Shown: positions 24,713-39,124 of the stretch, piece by piece
Position numbering within the stretch: the stretch's first letter is position 1
Layout: each line of letters begins with the position of its first letter
Assembly: GCA_002245135.1 (NCBI GenBank)
Contig: NGBS01001166.1
Span: 1 to 64,000 of the forward strand
Direction of reading: 5' to 3'
Source of the DNA: Proteromonas lacertae
Taxonomy: Eukaryota
DNA length: 64,000 nt
The notes under the pieces: model-generated
What the model was told of the DNA's origin: nothing
What the model saw: the letters and a program-made list of their open reading frames with translations, nothing else
The model's database searches: none
Made by a program: the position numbers and the translations under genes

Positions 24713-27464
24713 ATGCTTCCTCCTCTCGAAACAGTAGGAACCGAGTATCAAATGGGATCTATGAGGTATTTTAGAGACTCAAGATCCCATAGTGATACTA
24801 TTAAAACTCCCAAAAGACAAACTCCCTCACTTTCATTGCTTCATCAAAATAGAATAAATACTATGGATGAAAATCCTGAATTTTTACCTGCTTCTCCCAT
24901 TTGTATACCAGAAAATAAAATGCCAAGATCGGACAGTGAAGATAGCGAAACAATTCTCAAAAACAACTTTATTAATCAAAATTTATATGAATCTGAGAGT
25001 GATTCAGAGCAAGAGCCTTATACTCCAGAAGAAGAATACAGTGAATCAGAAGATGAACCTTCAGAATCAATAAAAATCATTGAAACTGACAGAAACCCAG
25101 ATAATTGCTTTTTATCCTGTGATACTAATAAAATCCCACATCCATCGCTATTCAAATCAATCAGTGTACCAATTGGCTTCCATTATCGACCTATGTGTCC
25201 AACAGTAGATGAAAGTGTAATCCCACTAATGGATTATGGTAGATATCCAATATTACGTTGTCCAATCTGCAAAGCCTATGCAAATCCCTTCGATAAATAC
25301 ATTAAAAATGGTCGAAGATATATTTGTTCAATGTGTTTATCTCAAGTTGAAGTTCCCTCTTATATATACTGTTCATTGGATGATTATGGTAAAAGAATAG
25401 ATTTAATAGATCATCCTGATTTCTATAAAGGTCAAGTGGAATATGTAGCATCATCAGAATATATGTTAAGACCTCCACAATCACCTGTTTATATATTATT
25501 AATAGAAATATCATCAGTGGTTGAAGAATATAATATATTACAAGTGATTATGAATTCATTGAAATTATTTATAAAGAATATTCCCAATAAGAAATCTCAG
25601 ATTGCAATAATTACATTCAATTCATCAATACAGTTTTATAATTTCAATTCTAAGAGGAATAAGCCAGAGATAATTCAGATTGATATTGATGATGTAATTG
25701 ATTTCAATAAGAACAAAAAGAACAAAGATACTGCCACTACTACTACACCATTGCTACAATATGATACGTTATTATGTAGAATATCTCAAATTGAACCACA
25801 ACTAGAATATCTATGTAATAATATCACTGACTCATTGCCAATTGGTGATAATAGCAATAGTAAATCGTGCTTAGGAGTTGCATTGAAATGTGTATATGAA
25901 ATATGTAAGAATACAGGTGGTAAATTGTTATTATTTATTTCAAACACTCCTTCATTAGGTGGTAGTAATAATTATGGTATAATTGATGGAACAAATATCA
26001 ACAATTCACAGAAAGATTATTATCAAAACAGTGGTTATGAAAGATTAAGAATTTTGAATAATCTAACTCCCACTACTGCAGATACATTCTATTTAGATCT
26101 TTCTAATGACTTTATTAATAAGAGAATATCTGTTGATTTGTTCTATTTAATGAGGAAGGATTATAATCGATTTATTTCTACTATTTTACCACTTGTTACT
26201 TATACTGGTGGTCATATATATTACTTTGATTGTTATGATATTAGAAAGAGTGATACTGAATTATATAACACTATATATAATGCATTTATGATGGAAACAG
26301 GCTGGGAAACTATCCTAGGAATCAGAGTGAGTAAAGGATTTAAAATAAAGAAAATATATGGTAATTACCATCAAAGAAAAGAAGGTTTATTAAATATAGC
26401 AAATGTGAATAAGGATACTGTATTATCTATAGAAATAGATGGTCTGCCAAAAGATCTAAAAGAAAACGGTAATAATTACAATATAGATGAATGTATTATA
26501 CAGTTTGGCTTGATCTATACGAATAATAAGAATCAACGAAGAGTAAGAGTATTTACAATGTCAGTACCAATTGCATTTAGTTTACCTGATATATATGAAA
26601 GCATAAATGTGAAAGAATTAGTGAATTTATTATCTAAGAAGAGTATATATATATTAATTTATTTATATAATTTATAGCATTAACATATGCAATGTCAAAT
26701 AACAGTAAATATTGCCAAGAATTATGCCATCAGAATTGTGTAGATATCATCAAATCCTATCGTCAATGTTTCTCCATTAGTAGCAATTTCCAATTACCAC
26801 CTTCATTACAATATTTACCATACTATTCCCTAGCAATGCAGAAGAATTACATCTTTCAACATTACTTAACAGTTGGTATTGATTCTAGTCTATGCTATTG
26901 TAATATTTTATTTAACTATAACACTGAAGATACTCTGTTATATTACACACCTATTCATTATAGATTAGATGATTTAGATGAAAATAATTATGGGTTATAT
27001 ATTACATCACCTACTAGTGGTGGTAATAATAATAATAATAATGGTGAAGTGATGATTAATATGCCTCAACCATTATCACTTAGTTATATGCATTATACAA
27101 GTAGTAAAATCATATTATTGTATACCCCTCAGACAATTTATATTTGGATCGGTTCTAGTATTACGAATGATCAATTTTATAATTTATTTGGTTTTGATAT
27201 TAGTCCTTATTGAAAGCTCATGCAAATCCTGAAGATAATATTCCAGTCAATGTGTATAATATTCTATGTAGCAATGAAAACAAAGCGTTGTTTAACATTA
27301 TAACGGTGTTGCAGAATAGAAGAACCTTTGTACCACCATTTGTTTTCATTAGAGAAGGAAGTGAGGAAGAAATAGATTATAAATGTTTATTGATTGAAGA
27401 TAATAATAATAACAGTAGTTATTTCAATTATATCAACCAAATCATGAAAGAAACTGAGATGTAA
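24713..27464 (+). CDS. SEC24: COPII coat subunit Sec24 (1 intron; frameshift near 27208)
   Basis: RCPICKAYANPF...YICSMC zinc finger, VEYVASSEYMLRPP, trunk TGGK, IRVSKG, QFGLIYT...RRVRVFT, gelsolin-like YIWIG. Confidence 0.92.
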
Positions 27465-27632
27465 CATACATTGTGTTTTATGTTATTATTTTTTGTTGAT
27501 AGCATTTCAAAAATAAACAATATTAAGAACATATATTCACTATATAACGAGAAAAACAGAAAAATGTTTTTGTATGTTTGAGAAGGCTTGTAGTCGTTTT
27601 TAAAAAATAACGTTTTTTAAATATTTTTTATT

Positions 27633-29046
27633 ATGTCAGAGCCTGTAACATTAGAGAGTGCTTTGCAATACTTACAACAGACTAATGAAGAAGGCAAGTC
27701 AGTATATGACTTATTAGTAGATGTGTTTATGAGATTAATGTTAGAACATCCAAATGACCCTCTTGGATCATTCGAATACATGGTTACATTAATTAAAAAT
27801 AATAAAGTAAGAGTTCCAGAAGAACCATTACAGAAAGTTCTATCTGAAGAAATAATGAAGAGTAAATCAGATTGGGTTACTACAATTTTCCCAATGTTCC
27901 ATGTATTTAAAATATAAATATTATTTTTATGAATAGAAAAGACCAGAAGATGCAGAAGGCGAAGAAGAAGAGGAAGATATTGGAGAAGCTGGTACAATAC
28001 AAGATGTAGTTACAGAAATGTCAGCATTGAAATGGGCAGGTGTAGGTATTAGTGAAACAGAAGCATTTAGAATAAGTGTAAGTTTGTATCGTCTATCAGG
28101 TAAGAATGGTGGAATAAATCTAAGATTTTGGGGTAAGATTTTGGGTACTAAAAAAGACTATTATATAGCAGAAGCAGAAGGTGTGGAAGAAGAAGAAGCT
28201 GAAGAAGGTGAAGAGAATAAATATGAAGCTGGTGGTCCAAATAAATACACATATTTCGTCACAAATAATGTAGGAGGACCATGGGTAAAACTACCAAAAG
28301 TCACACCAGAACAAATTATAGCAGCACGAAAACTACGAAGATATTTCACTGGAGATTTAGAAGCATTTATGCCTGGACATCCACCATTCCCAGGTCAAGA
28401 GAAACATTTCTTAAGAGCACAATTAGCACGAATTACAGCTTCAACCTGTGTATGTCCAATTGGTGTATATCAACCTAATGAAGAAGATCCTTATAATGTT
28501 GAACCTTATGGTGAAGATGATGAAGAAAAACCAAATCCAACAATTGAAGATTTAGAAGAATTGAACAGTTGGGTTCATATCAATGGTAAAATCACTGAAA
28601 ATGGACGTGTTACTCCAGTACAAATAACAAATGAAGATGGTGAAGAAATAGATGATCCAAATGGCCCAAAACCAATCCCTCCATTAAGAAACTTATCATT
28701 TGAAAATACTCAATGGATTGTTAGAACTTGTCCTTGTGTTGGTATGGGTTTAAATCCAACAATGGTGTTTATTAGAAATACTAGATGGCCTGGTGCTTAT
28801 GCTGTAGCTAGTGGTGCTAAATATACTAATTTATATGTTGGTTATGGTGTGAAAGATGTTAAAGAAAGTTATAGTCCAGAACCACCAGTTGCTATTAAAA
28901 CTGAAGTTAATATTGATGAATATAAAGAGCAAGAAGATGTTCTTGAAGATCCTCGTCCACCACAACCCGAGAAACCTGAAGGTGAAGGTGAAGGAGAAGG
29001 TGAGGGAGAAGGAGAAGGTGATGAAGAAGGAGATGATGAAGAATAA
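27633..29046 (+). CDS. RSPH4/6: Flagellar radial spoke head protein RSP4/6 (1 intron)
   Basis: SVYDLL...L.EHP, WAGVG, LRFWGKILGT..DYYIAE, NKYTYFV...WVKLP.VTP.QI..AR, FTGDL, PPFPG.E..FLRAQ.ARI, RWPGAY, LYVGYG.K. Confidence 0.93.
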
Positions 29047-29300
29047 TTTATATAATATGATTATTTTATTATTATTAAATAAATTTATTTGTTTGATATA
29101 TTTTTATATATGGATAAAGAGAGTAAAAATGAATGAAATACTATAAATTGAGCAAATACTTATGTTCAATTCTTTATACTCATTATAGTGTTTATCTTAT
29201 ACTAGTTAACAATTTTAAACTAAAAACAAACAAAAAAATAAGATAAAAGAAACAAATTCTACAAATCTAAATAAATAAGTATAAAACGTTATATATATTT

Positions 29301-30856
29301 CTACTCTTTATCACTATCATCACTCTTTTTATCAATACAAGTACAAAAACTATTATAAAATATCTGATGACAACAAGCATAACCCCATTTCATCTTCTCA
29401 GTATCAAAGTAACTACCCCACACACTCTTGTGATTAGCAGGATATACATCTTCCTCATATATACTCTTTTTAATACCATTATCATTACCAATTATCAATT
29501 CACCATTTGCATTGTATTTTTTTATTGTTTCTGATACACCATATATAATTTCCTTTGGAATTTCACTAGTTTCTGGCTGACTACCATATTTCTGAATCAA
29601 TTTCTCTTTATTCTCTTTCATTAATTTTTCCTTATTTTCTTTATACTGTTTCTGCATTATTGCTACAGCTGTTGGATTGGCAAACATATTCACATTACCA
29701 CCACTCGCATGAGCTTCCCAAGCAAACATTTGGGTTTCGGTAAATTTTTTCGCATCCCCACTACTTTTTACAAAATCACTAGGACACATTTTATCATTAT
29801 TACTAGTGTCTTTTAGACTACGAATACTTCTACTCTTAGGATCATAATAGGAAGTATCATTTTTGAAATCTTTTAAATAAGCAGCTGTATCTTCTCTAAT
29901 ACGAAGATTTCGAACACTTTGTCTCATATTCTCTGAACAGAAATCTTTAAATACTTCAGCAGTATCATCTCCTTGGATAATATCACCAAAATCATCTTCA
30001 TCTTCTACATTCTTATCATCATCGCTTAATATACCATCCAAACTATAATAATATAATTAAATAAATAATAAAAATGATAGTATACGAATCTACATCACTA
30101 TCTTCATCTTTCTTCTTCTTATCTTTATCTTCATCAGCATCATCTTCCTTTATTATTTCTTTCATTTCAGCTTCATCTTTCTGTTCTATATTTTCTTCTG
30201 ATACTAGTGATGCTGGTTTTAATTTCATCTTATTTATCACTGAATTAGAAAAACGTACATTATTATTATCAGGTTCAGTCATGAATTTTTCATTCATTTT
30301 TTCAACTTTATATTTTCTTCTTTCTGCTTCAGCTTCATCGTATAATTCTAATGTTTTCTTATATTCCTCTGGTTTAAAACCATTCCATCTATCTCTCTTT
30401 CCATCCCATGAAAGATTTAGTTGTGATGGTAGTATTTCGTCAGGAGCTATATCTTTTCCTGTCTTCCATGCTCCTTTCTTTCTTGGACGTTCTAAACAAT
30501 CTTTTGCTTGATGTGTCATAGCTCCACAGTTTGTACAAGCACCCTATTTATAAAATGATAAATAAAACAATACTTTTCTAAACTTTTTGGCTTTACCTAT
30601 AAATTCTCCTCTTTCATACCATGAATCCATTTTATCATATGTTTCATCTCTGGCTCTTTTTGTTTGATGGTCGAGATAACCCTTTTTCTATATCAGTATT
30701 AACAAATGTTTAATATACTTCATTCTCTGATTGTACATACCATGGAGCTTGAGCAATGAACTTCGGAATGTATTCATTAACTGGTCTACCAGTAGAATCG
30801 AGAAGTTCATCTTTCTTCTCATCATTTTTCTTCCCTTTCAAACCCATACGCGACAT
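29301..30856 (-). CDS. SLU7: Pre-mRNA splicing factor Slu7 (3 introns)
   Basis: YIPKFIAQAPWY, ACTNCGAMTHQAKDCLERPRKKGA, KRDRWNG, VRNLRIREDTAAYL, YDPKSRS, NHKSVWGS...WGYACCH. Confidence 0.95.
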
Positions 30857-30965
30857 ATTTATAAAGAAAAAAGAATTATTTAAAATCAAACCTCAAACTT
30901 GCTTGTCAAGCTTTCAAATTTAATTTCAATTTTTCATTAAGAATTACATTAGCTAATAAACAAAT

Positions 30966-32639
30966 ATGGATAATATAACGTATGGTTTTTGTAATTATTT
31001 CTAGTGGAGAGAAGGAAGTAGCTCAAATAATGAACGAAAGATTTAATTATTTTCTTACAACACTTATAGGATGTGAATCTGAAGTTATTGTATATACTGT
31101 TACTGTAATTTGAATTTAGACAAAGTCAGGAGTTAATTATGGCGGAATTACTAAAGCAATACATCCAGATGACTTACATGTCACCTTAGACTTAGTTTCA
31201 ATAGTAAAAAATGAATCTGGTAAAGGTTTACCACCAGTCGATCCTTATAGTATGGCAATGATAAAAGGTGATCAATTGTTATGTCTATCAGCTAAAAATG
31301 TGGAATATATTCAAGATAAAGCTGTCATAGTACCACGTGAATTTATGACTGATTCTGCAATATCAAAGAGTAATACACATAGTAATAAAGAAAGAATATT
31401 GGAAGTATAATTTTGTTATGTTATTATTATTAATAGAAAGTTAGTGATACTTGGATTTCAAATGATGATGTTTCATTGGATGGAATAAATCAGTATATAT
31501 ATATATATATAATTTATATTAGTAATATTGGTGAATGGGATCAATTTACCGCCAATGAAAAACTAACAGGCCATGTTGCAGAATTTGATGAATTACAATA
31601 CACAACTCCATTAGATCCAAATTTATCAGAAGAAAGTATACGTAGAGCTGAAAAATTAGCAAAAGAAATAGAGAATAATAAGAATTCGAATAATCCTCAT
31701 GTGTTAGAGGATAGAGGTATATTAAAGGAAGTAGATGAAGCTGCTTTATATTCAGACGTAAATAGAGAAATACCAACTCAACAACAACAACAACAACATC
31801 AACAACCAGCTGTATCAACTGCATTACTTACTAATAATTTAAAACACTTAATGAGATTAACACCAGATACATCATCATCATCATCATCAAATACAGCTGA
31901 AGCAACTCCTACATCTACAACTGCAACTACAGCTACATCAACACCAAGTACTGAAAAATCTCAATCAACAGCAGAAAACACACCGACTGTATCTACCTCA
32001 GCAACAAAACATAAATTAAACAAAAATGCAAAAGAATTTACACCTCATTTCAAAACTCCATCTCCAGCAACATCACCAGGTTTAATTCCTCCTCAAGTAT
32101 TAATGCAACAAGCAATTCCACCACCTCCACCTCCACCACAAGCTGTACCAGTGATGCTTCCTTATTATCCACAAGTAGTAATGGTTCCTGTAATGTCTCC
32201 ACCAATGATTCCTGTTCCAGTACAACCAGCACCATTACAACCACCAGCTTTACCTAAAACAAAACTGAAGAAAGAAGCAAAAGAATTTATACCAAAGTTT
32301 TTACAACAACAACAACAACAACAGAAGAGTAGTGAATCAACAACTAAAGAAGCAGATGCATCAACTCCAGCAACAACAGAAACATCAACAACATCAGTTA
32401 AACCACTATCTCCATCTCCTTCTTCACCATCTCCACCTCAAATTGTTGAATCACAAACAACAACAACAACTAATACAACTACTACAAAACCACCTGCTGC
32501 ATTAACTCCAACAAATGTTGTTAAATCATATGCTGCTATAACTGCAAAAACAGGTGAAAAAGATGTTTCAAATCCAGAAACACAACCAAAACATCGTTCT
32601 TCAATAGTAAAGAAAATGAGAGGAGGAAAAACCGGATAG
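30966..32639 (+). CDS. ATXN2: Ataxin-2/Pbp1 homolog (4 introns)
   Basis: Sm-ATX N-terminus, FMTDSAIS, LsmAD (WDQF..NE...FDE.QYTT.LD...AEKLAKEIE...N.HV.EDRG), two PAM2 motifs (KLNKNAKEFTP, KLKKEAKEFIP). Confidence 0.9.
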
Positions 32640-32735
32640 ATTATGATAACTAAAACAATTTTTATTTTTTTTTCATAAGAATAATTATAGTGTATGTTTT
32701 ATTGGGTGTTGGATCAAAATAGAAAAAATTGAAAA

Positions 32736-33313
32736 TTAATTAAGGCTTAAACTTAATCTAAATGCATTAGTATGATTTAAATAATAACTAGGAAGCATTT
32801 CAGTCTTTATAAAACCTAATCTTTGATACAGACGAAGAGATTGTTCATTAAAATCTTGAGTTTCTAAATATACTTCAAAACAATTTTTCAATTTCATTTC
32901 ATTTATACATCTGACTGATAAAGCTGTACCTAATCCAGCTTTTCTATAATCAGGATGAACTGCTAACATTGCTATATATCCTCTGTAATAGGTTGATTCA
33001 GTTCCTTCTATTTTACCTATAATAATGCCAATCATTTTACCTTTATCATGGACCTATTCTATCGATATATAATCAATACCATAAAACACAAACTTGGCCA
33101 TTGTGTTAGAAAGTATCTATAAGTATAAATTGAGTATGGTTCAGATAGTTCTATATTTATTAATTCAATTATATCATCTAAATCTTCTTCACCTCGATAT
33201 CTCTCCAGAGTATATTTAGTGAAAGTAGCAGGATCTGGTAGACTTGCTTCTTCAGGCAAAGCAGGTGCATTTTCTTCTTCAGTTTTTGGCTCTGGAATCT
33301 CTTTTTCACTCAT
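32736..33313 (-). CDS. NAA30: NatC catalytic subunit (1 intron)
   Basis: LSEPYSIYTYRYF, RGYIAMLAV...YRKAGLG..L, V.LET...N..SL.LY.RLGF, YYLN...AFRL. Confidence 0.93.
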
Positions 33314-33412
33314 TTTTAAAAAAATGGAAGTTTGGCTCGAATTAACAAACCAGATTTGATCTGCAAAATTTTCAATTCTGCTGTGTCATTAGTCTGAATT
33401 GCAAATCAATTA

Positions 33413-35739
33413 ATGGATCATCATCCTGAAGTGTCTATAGTTTATGAAAATCAAAGACATATTACAGGATTAGGATGGACTCAACAACTCTTGCCTTGTG
33501 ACAGATACACATGGAGTAATGAAGATGGCTCTATTAAATACTATGATGTATCACCATTTTCAGCATGGGATATATATATTGACGATAAAGTGGATCCTGA
33601 AGGATGGTGTTATGCTTTTCACTTCAAAGATTTTGATGAACCTTTATCACCTAATGTACATACGTATTTATTCATTATTATAATATTCTTTCCAATAGAA
33701 GTCCGCAAAAACTAGATTGTGTTCGTAGAAGAAAATGGATCCGTGTACACGATATGCCAGATACTACAGATGGTACTGAATACTGTCGCAAAATATCACA
33801 ACCTTCAATGCTGTATTTTCTAATACATTTTATAAATCTTATAGAAGAAAGTCATCTGCAGATGTTGTAGCTCAAGAAATCCCATCTTCACGTAATCCTT
33901 GTATGAATTTAATACAAGGTGTCTGTCCATTACCTCGTTCAGAGTGTCCTTATTATCATGGCGTAATTGACCCACCTTACCCTGATATAATACTCGGTAA
34001 GAGTAAATCAGGAGGAATGAGTATATTAGAAAGTGCAACATTACAAAGAATCATTGAAAGAATTACAGATCCTCATAACACTGACATTGTGATAAGAAAT
34101 GCATTTCTATTGACATATCATGCATATACTACCACTAATGAGATATTAGAAATATTAGAGAAACGATCAAATGTAGCATATGAATATTCACAATTATTTC
34201 CAAATACTCCAACTAATATTAATAATGTTAATTTAAATATCACTATAAATCCAACAACCAATCAAATCACTCCATGTTCTACACCGACCAGTCATATTGT
34301 ACATTACGAATACTCCCCAAATCTGTCCAATAAATCATTAGAATCATCAATAGCCTCCTCTTCCTTACCTATTGTATCAGTATTTCCAACTAGAGAATCC
34401 TTCTTATCATTTGATACAGATACATCTATAACAAGAGGAGAAACAGAGTTCTTTAATGATTTAAACGATACAGTGAGTAATTCTGTACAAATTCGAGTAT
34501 TAAGTTTATTATTAGCATGGATAAGGACTTCTTATAGTGAAGATGATTTTAAAGATGAAGATTGTAGAGATCAACTATCTAATTTCCTATTACAATTAAG
34601 TGATAATGTTTCATCTATTAGACCGAATATAACTTATGTAATTGATCGATTTATTACACTTTGTAATAACTGTGGTTATAAAATACCATCTATATTATTA
34701 GACTATAATAATCGCCCTGAAATAAAGAGTGATAAAGTGATAGGAACTCCTACAGCGTCTAATAATAATAATAATAATAACCATTCATTACCACATACAA
34801 AGCATAAACCATTACTAATATTATCAGAAGAAGAGAAAATATTAGGAGGTAATAACTATCACACTCATAATAACAGTATAGGAGGAAGTATACCGAATTT
34901 ATTCAGATCTATAACCACACTATTTCAAGAAAGATTACCGTTTTTCATATCTTATTCTCCAATTGAATTAGCGAGATTTTTAACAATAATAGAAAATCAA
35001 ACTATCAAATCAATAGAGGATCGCGATTTAGTATTAGCTTCAGAAAGTGAAGTAATAAGAAACAGTAATGCCAAATCATTATGGAGTTGTGTAGAATTAT
35101 TCAATAAAAGATCAAGATGGATTCAAAGTGCATTATTAGATTCAAATATAAATATTTTAAAACGAACTAAAATGATTATTAATTTAATACATTGTGCCGA
35201 AGAGTGTAGATTGTTAGGTAACTTTGCTACTGTTTATCAGATTATTTCATCTCTTAAACAACCTTGTATCTGTCTATTAAAAACTGCTTGGAGTAGAGTT
35301 CCAGAAAAGGATTTACATTTGTTTAATGGTTTGTATAATATTATTAAAGCTGAAGATAATTATAGTGCTTATCGATTAGAATTGGAGAAATTGATAGATC
35401 AACTGTATATACCTGCTTTACCGATGTTATGTAAAGATTTATATACAATTGGACATAATTACCCTAGTTATCATCCTGCTTATAAGCATCTTATCAATTT
35501 TCATAAGTTTAGAAGATTATTTTTTGAAGTGACTGAGTTTAATAGGGTGAAAGATATGACTTATCCTTTAACGAGAAATCCTGAGATGATGAATCAATAT
35601 TTACTCGAATCACAAAAGTATATTGCTATTATATTTTTATAGTTTGATTCCATCTAATAAATTATGGGATATAGCTAAATCTATTGACTTACATGAAAGA
35701 AAAGCCTTTTATAATGCTTTACAAGCATCTGGCTTTTAG
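33413..35739 (+). CDS. RasGEF with N-terminal dysferlin (DysF) domain (3 introns)
   Basis: YENQR...GW...LLP.DR..WS...DPEGW.YA..F...VRRRKWIR (DysF); REM (ATL..IIERIT, FLLTY..Y); CDC25 (ELARFLT, FN..S.WI, C..LGNF, YS.YR, INF.KF). Confidence 0.85.
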
Positions 35740-35849
35740 TGTGTATTTAACTAAATTATTAACTAATTCATTTATTCATTAAATTTTTGTTTTTTTCTTT
35801 CAAGCTTTTTTAGACATTCGAGCCATAGTTTTATCGTTAAGTTAAAATC

Positions 35850-37800
35850 ATGTCAATCTCGTTAGTTGAACAGGAGAATAAACGTCGAGAGTTGTATGCT
35901 GACTATATTCTATCGATTTAGAGAAAATAAAGCTTTTTGTGAAAGATTAATGAAAATAAAAAATCTGCCTGTAGGTAGAGCCAAAAAATCAAGTGGTTGG
36001 TCACCAGGTATAGTTTTGTATTATATTTGAGATAGGAATGGCAAGAGATGACTCAAATATACCAGTAATAGATTGCTATAATGTAAGGTACAGACCAGAA
36101 TACCATTATATGATGAAGAATAAAAGGTATAATATTATAGTTATATAATAATAAATAGAGCTGCAAGAGAAATGGCAGCAAAGCAAATTAAGACAGAGAA
36201 TAAAGAAATATATCATCGTGTTAGAAAACGAGAGTCAGATTATGCACCACAAAAGAACACTATGTGCATTATGCCAAGAGTATATATAAATTCTTATAAT
36301 TAATAATAAATAGACATTTGTAGGAACAAAGAAGCAAAAACCATTAGGAAATCCACTACTACCGCATTTAGATTATAAGCCATTAAAGCAACTAAGAGAT
36401 GAACCAAGTTATGAAATATCACCAGTTTCAACCATTCCTCCAACTAGAAGAAATAATAATCTACCTAGTCTAAACAATAGTAATAATAGTAATAATAATA
36501 ATACATATTCCAGTACAGATCAAAGATCACTACAAAGTATACCATCTCCTTCCTCTGATAAATCATCAAGACCAACAACTCAATCATCAACAAAACAAAA
36601 CCCTAAAAATAGTCGACCAGATGTAGATCCATCAGTATAAATATATATATATTAATTATAATTATTAATAGATAACTCCAAAGTCTCTGTATTGTGGTAG
36701 TTACAGAATAGATGGAATTGATTATTATATAAATATATATGAATTATGCAGTAATAAAGGTAAATATTATTTTATGGAAAGTATTTATTTCCAAGTATAT
36801 GATGAAGTGTCAGATATATCAGCTTCCATAGAATTATCAATACCTGAATTTATATTATCATTACAATCTAATCCAGCATTATTGTATTTTTATTTATATA
36901 TATTGAAATAGTAATAAAATTACATCATACTGGAAAAAATTTGAAAAAATAGCACCATATATAAAACCATCCATATCATTTGTGTTAGATCCAGGTGATT
37001 TATATGGTTTATGTATCTGTATATGTGATTGTATTGATGTATCAATAATAAATGATGAAATGGTATTGACGTTTGTTGAATATGATGAAAATGATTATAA
37101 TAGGAATGATAATAATGGAGATGAAGATGATATTGAATATATTGATATTTTAGAAGCAAGTGATCATATGAATAGAGCTTCACAAACTATTGAACCATTA
37201 GAGAATGATAATGATAATGAAGAAGAAGGAGGATTTGTGAATGAAGAAGAAAATAAGAAAGAAAAAGAAGAAGAAGTGAAGGAAGAGGAAAAGAAACAGG
37301 ATGAAGAAACAGTAAAAGAAGAATTGAAAGAACAACAACAGATAGAAGAAGAACCAAAGAAAGAAGAAGAAGAAGTGAAGGAAGAGCAAATAGAAGAAAA
37401 TCACGAAGAAGAAGAAGAAGAAGAAACAAAACAGGAAAATAAAGAAGAAGAAGTAAAACAAGAAGAACAACAATTAGAGAATGAAGATAATGAACAAGAA
37501 GTAGAACAACCACAAGAAATGAAGCAAGAGAATGAGGATGTGAAAGAAGGATCAAAACCTAGTGAAGAAGATGATACTAAACAAGAAGAAATAAACGAAA
37601 ATGTAGAAAAAGAAGATAAAACCCCATCTAATGAAGAAGAAAAGAAAGAAGAAATAGATGGTATAGAACATCAAGATATTGATAATAATAATAATAATTT
37701 AAACGATGATTTTGAAAATGAAGAATTAACAAGTGCTGAGTTATTAGATATAAAACCTCAACCAGATAATCAAGACAATTCTTTTGATGATTTTGAATAA
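35850..37800 (+). CDS. Protein with CFAP97/Hemingway-like N-terminal motifs and long acidic tail (~6 introns)
   Basis: RRELENKAFCERLMKI and REMAAKQIKTENKEIYHRV...SDY after splicing; Glu-rich C-terminus (ORF 36982). The family call is tentative. Confidence 0.55.
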
Positions 37801-37894
37801 TTTGTTTTTATTTATTAAGTATATTTGTGTGTGTTTTTGTAGTGAAGATAAAAACACAAACATTTCTAATATATATATACACATAAAAGAATAT

Positions 37895-39124
37895 TTAAAT
37901 AGCCAAAGATCTTAAGTTTTCACAGGAAGTTCCATAATAACCAGCAAAACATTCACATAATCCAGTCATTCCATTACATAATCCTCTATTTGCACATGTA
38001 TTTTGTGATTTCAAAATATCTTCAACCTCTACTGTTTCACCATTACTATTTTCATATCTGTAACTTGCTTTAATTACATCATCATTATCATTAATAGAAT
38101 GTAATTCAATATCAACTGTATTTGGAGTTTGAAAATGTTTAAGTTTGGTTATATCAATAAATTCTGGTTTAATATGAATAGTAGCAGATTTCTTACTATT
38201 ACCATTATCATCACATGTTATTTCAATCACAGCGTTACTAAGTGGAGGAATTTTTGAAAATGATAATCGAATCTCTTCTTGAATCAATTCAGCTGTATTA
38301 ATATCTCTAAAATCAACCAACTTATTATCTTTACATAAATTCTCGGAATTGTCAGTAATTACTTTCTCAATAAAATCGTCAGAGTAATAAATAATTCCAT
38401 CATATGTTATTTTATAATAATGAGATTTTACATTATTATTATTGAGTGGAAAATAATAATCAGTTTTGATTTTTCCAAATGTTACTGGATCTACTGCCTT
38501 TGGACATACTCTACTGGAGCATGTTATACCTTCCCAACCTTGATCGCATTTACAGGTATAAAATTTATCTAATTCCCAACCTGTCACTTTATTAGAAGTG
38601 CTACCTTCTGTTGCTGCTGTTTTTTCTTCTATATATGCTTCACTGCTTAAACAGATTCCATGTCCACTGCAACTTTTACCATTTAAGACTGTTGGACAAC
38701 TTCTACGTTGACAAGAACTGCCTTCATAACCTGGGAAACATTCACATTCACCTCTACGACGATTACATAAACCATTATTTGAACATTCTGCATATCTATG
38801 TGCTCTTTTTGTTATAACATCATTTGTGAGTGTTTCTGAAAGACCTGCTTTAGGATACCATTCTGTTTTTACATCTGTATCATCTAAACGTCCGTTATGA
38901 TTCAAATCACCTAAAATTTGATCAACAAATGCTTCACCATATGGACATGCTCCTAGAAATAATTTATATTTATATTTAATACTTAATGAACAATCAGCAC
39001 CTCCCCAACCTGGAAAGCAGGAACATTTATCTCTAATTTCACATTTACCATGTCCATTACAGAAATTATTACATGTATAAACTATCTGAAATATTAAAAC
39101 AACTAAAAATAATATATATCTCAT
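37895..39124 (-). CDS. Tubular mastigoneme (Sig/Ocm/Mas-type) EGF-like secreted protein (1 in-frame 30-nt intron)
   Basis: Signal peptide; CNGHG.C...GADCSL..CPYG.AFVD..GDLNH.G...AHRYAECSNNGLC.R..G.C.CF.GYEG.SCQR..CP; terminal CANRGLC...TG.C.CF.GYYG..C. Confidence 0.82.
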   Translation of the reverse strand: MRYILFLVVLIFQIVYTCNNFCNGHGKCEIRDKCSCFPGWGGADCSLSIKYKYKLFLGACPYGEAFVDQILGDLNHNGRLDDTDVKTEWYPKAGLSETLTNDVITKRAHRYAECSNNGLCNRRRGECECFPGYEGSSCQRRSCPTVLNGKSCSGHGICLSSEAYIEEKTAATEGSTSNKVTGWELDKFYTCKCDQGWEGITCSSRVCPKAVDPVTFGKIKTDYYFPLNNNNVKSHYYKITYDGIIYYSDDFIEKVITDNSENLCKDNKLVDFRDINTAELIQEEIRLSFSKIPPLSNAVIEITCDDNGNSKKSATIHIKPEFIDITKLKHFQTPNTVDIELHSINDNDDVIKASYRYENSNGETVEVEDILKSQNTCANRGLCNGMTGLCECFAGYYGTSCENLRSLAI

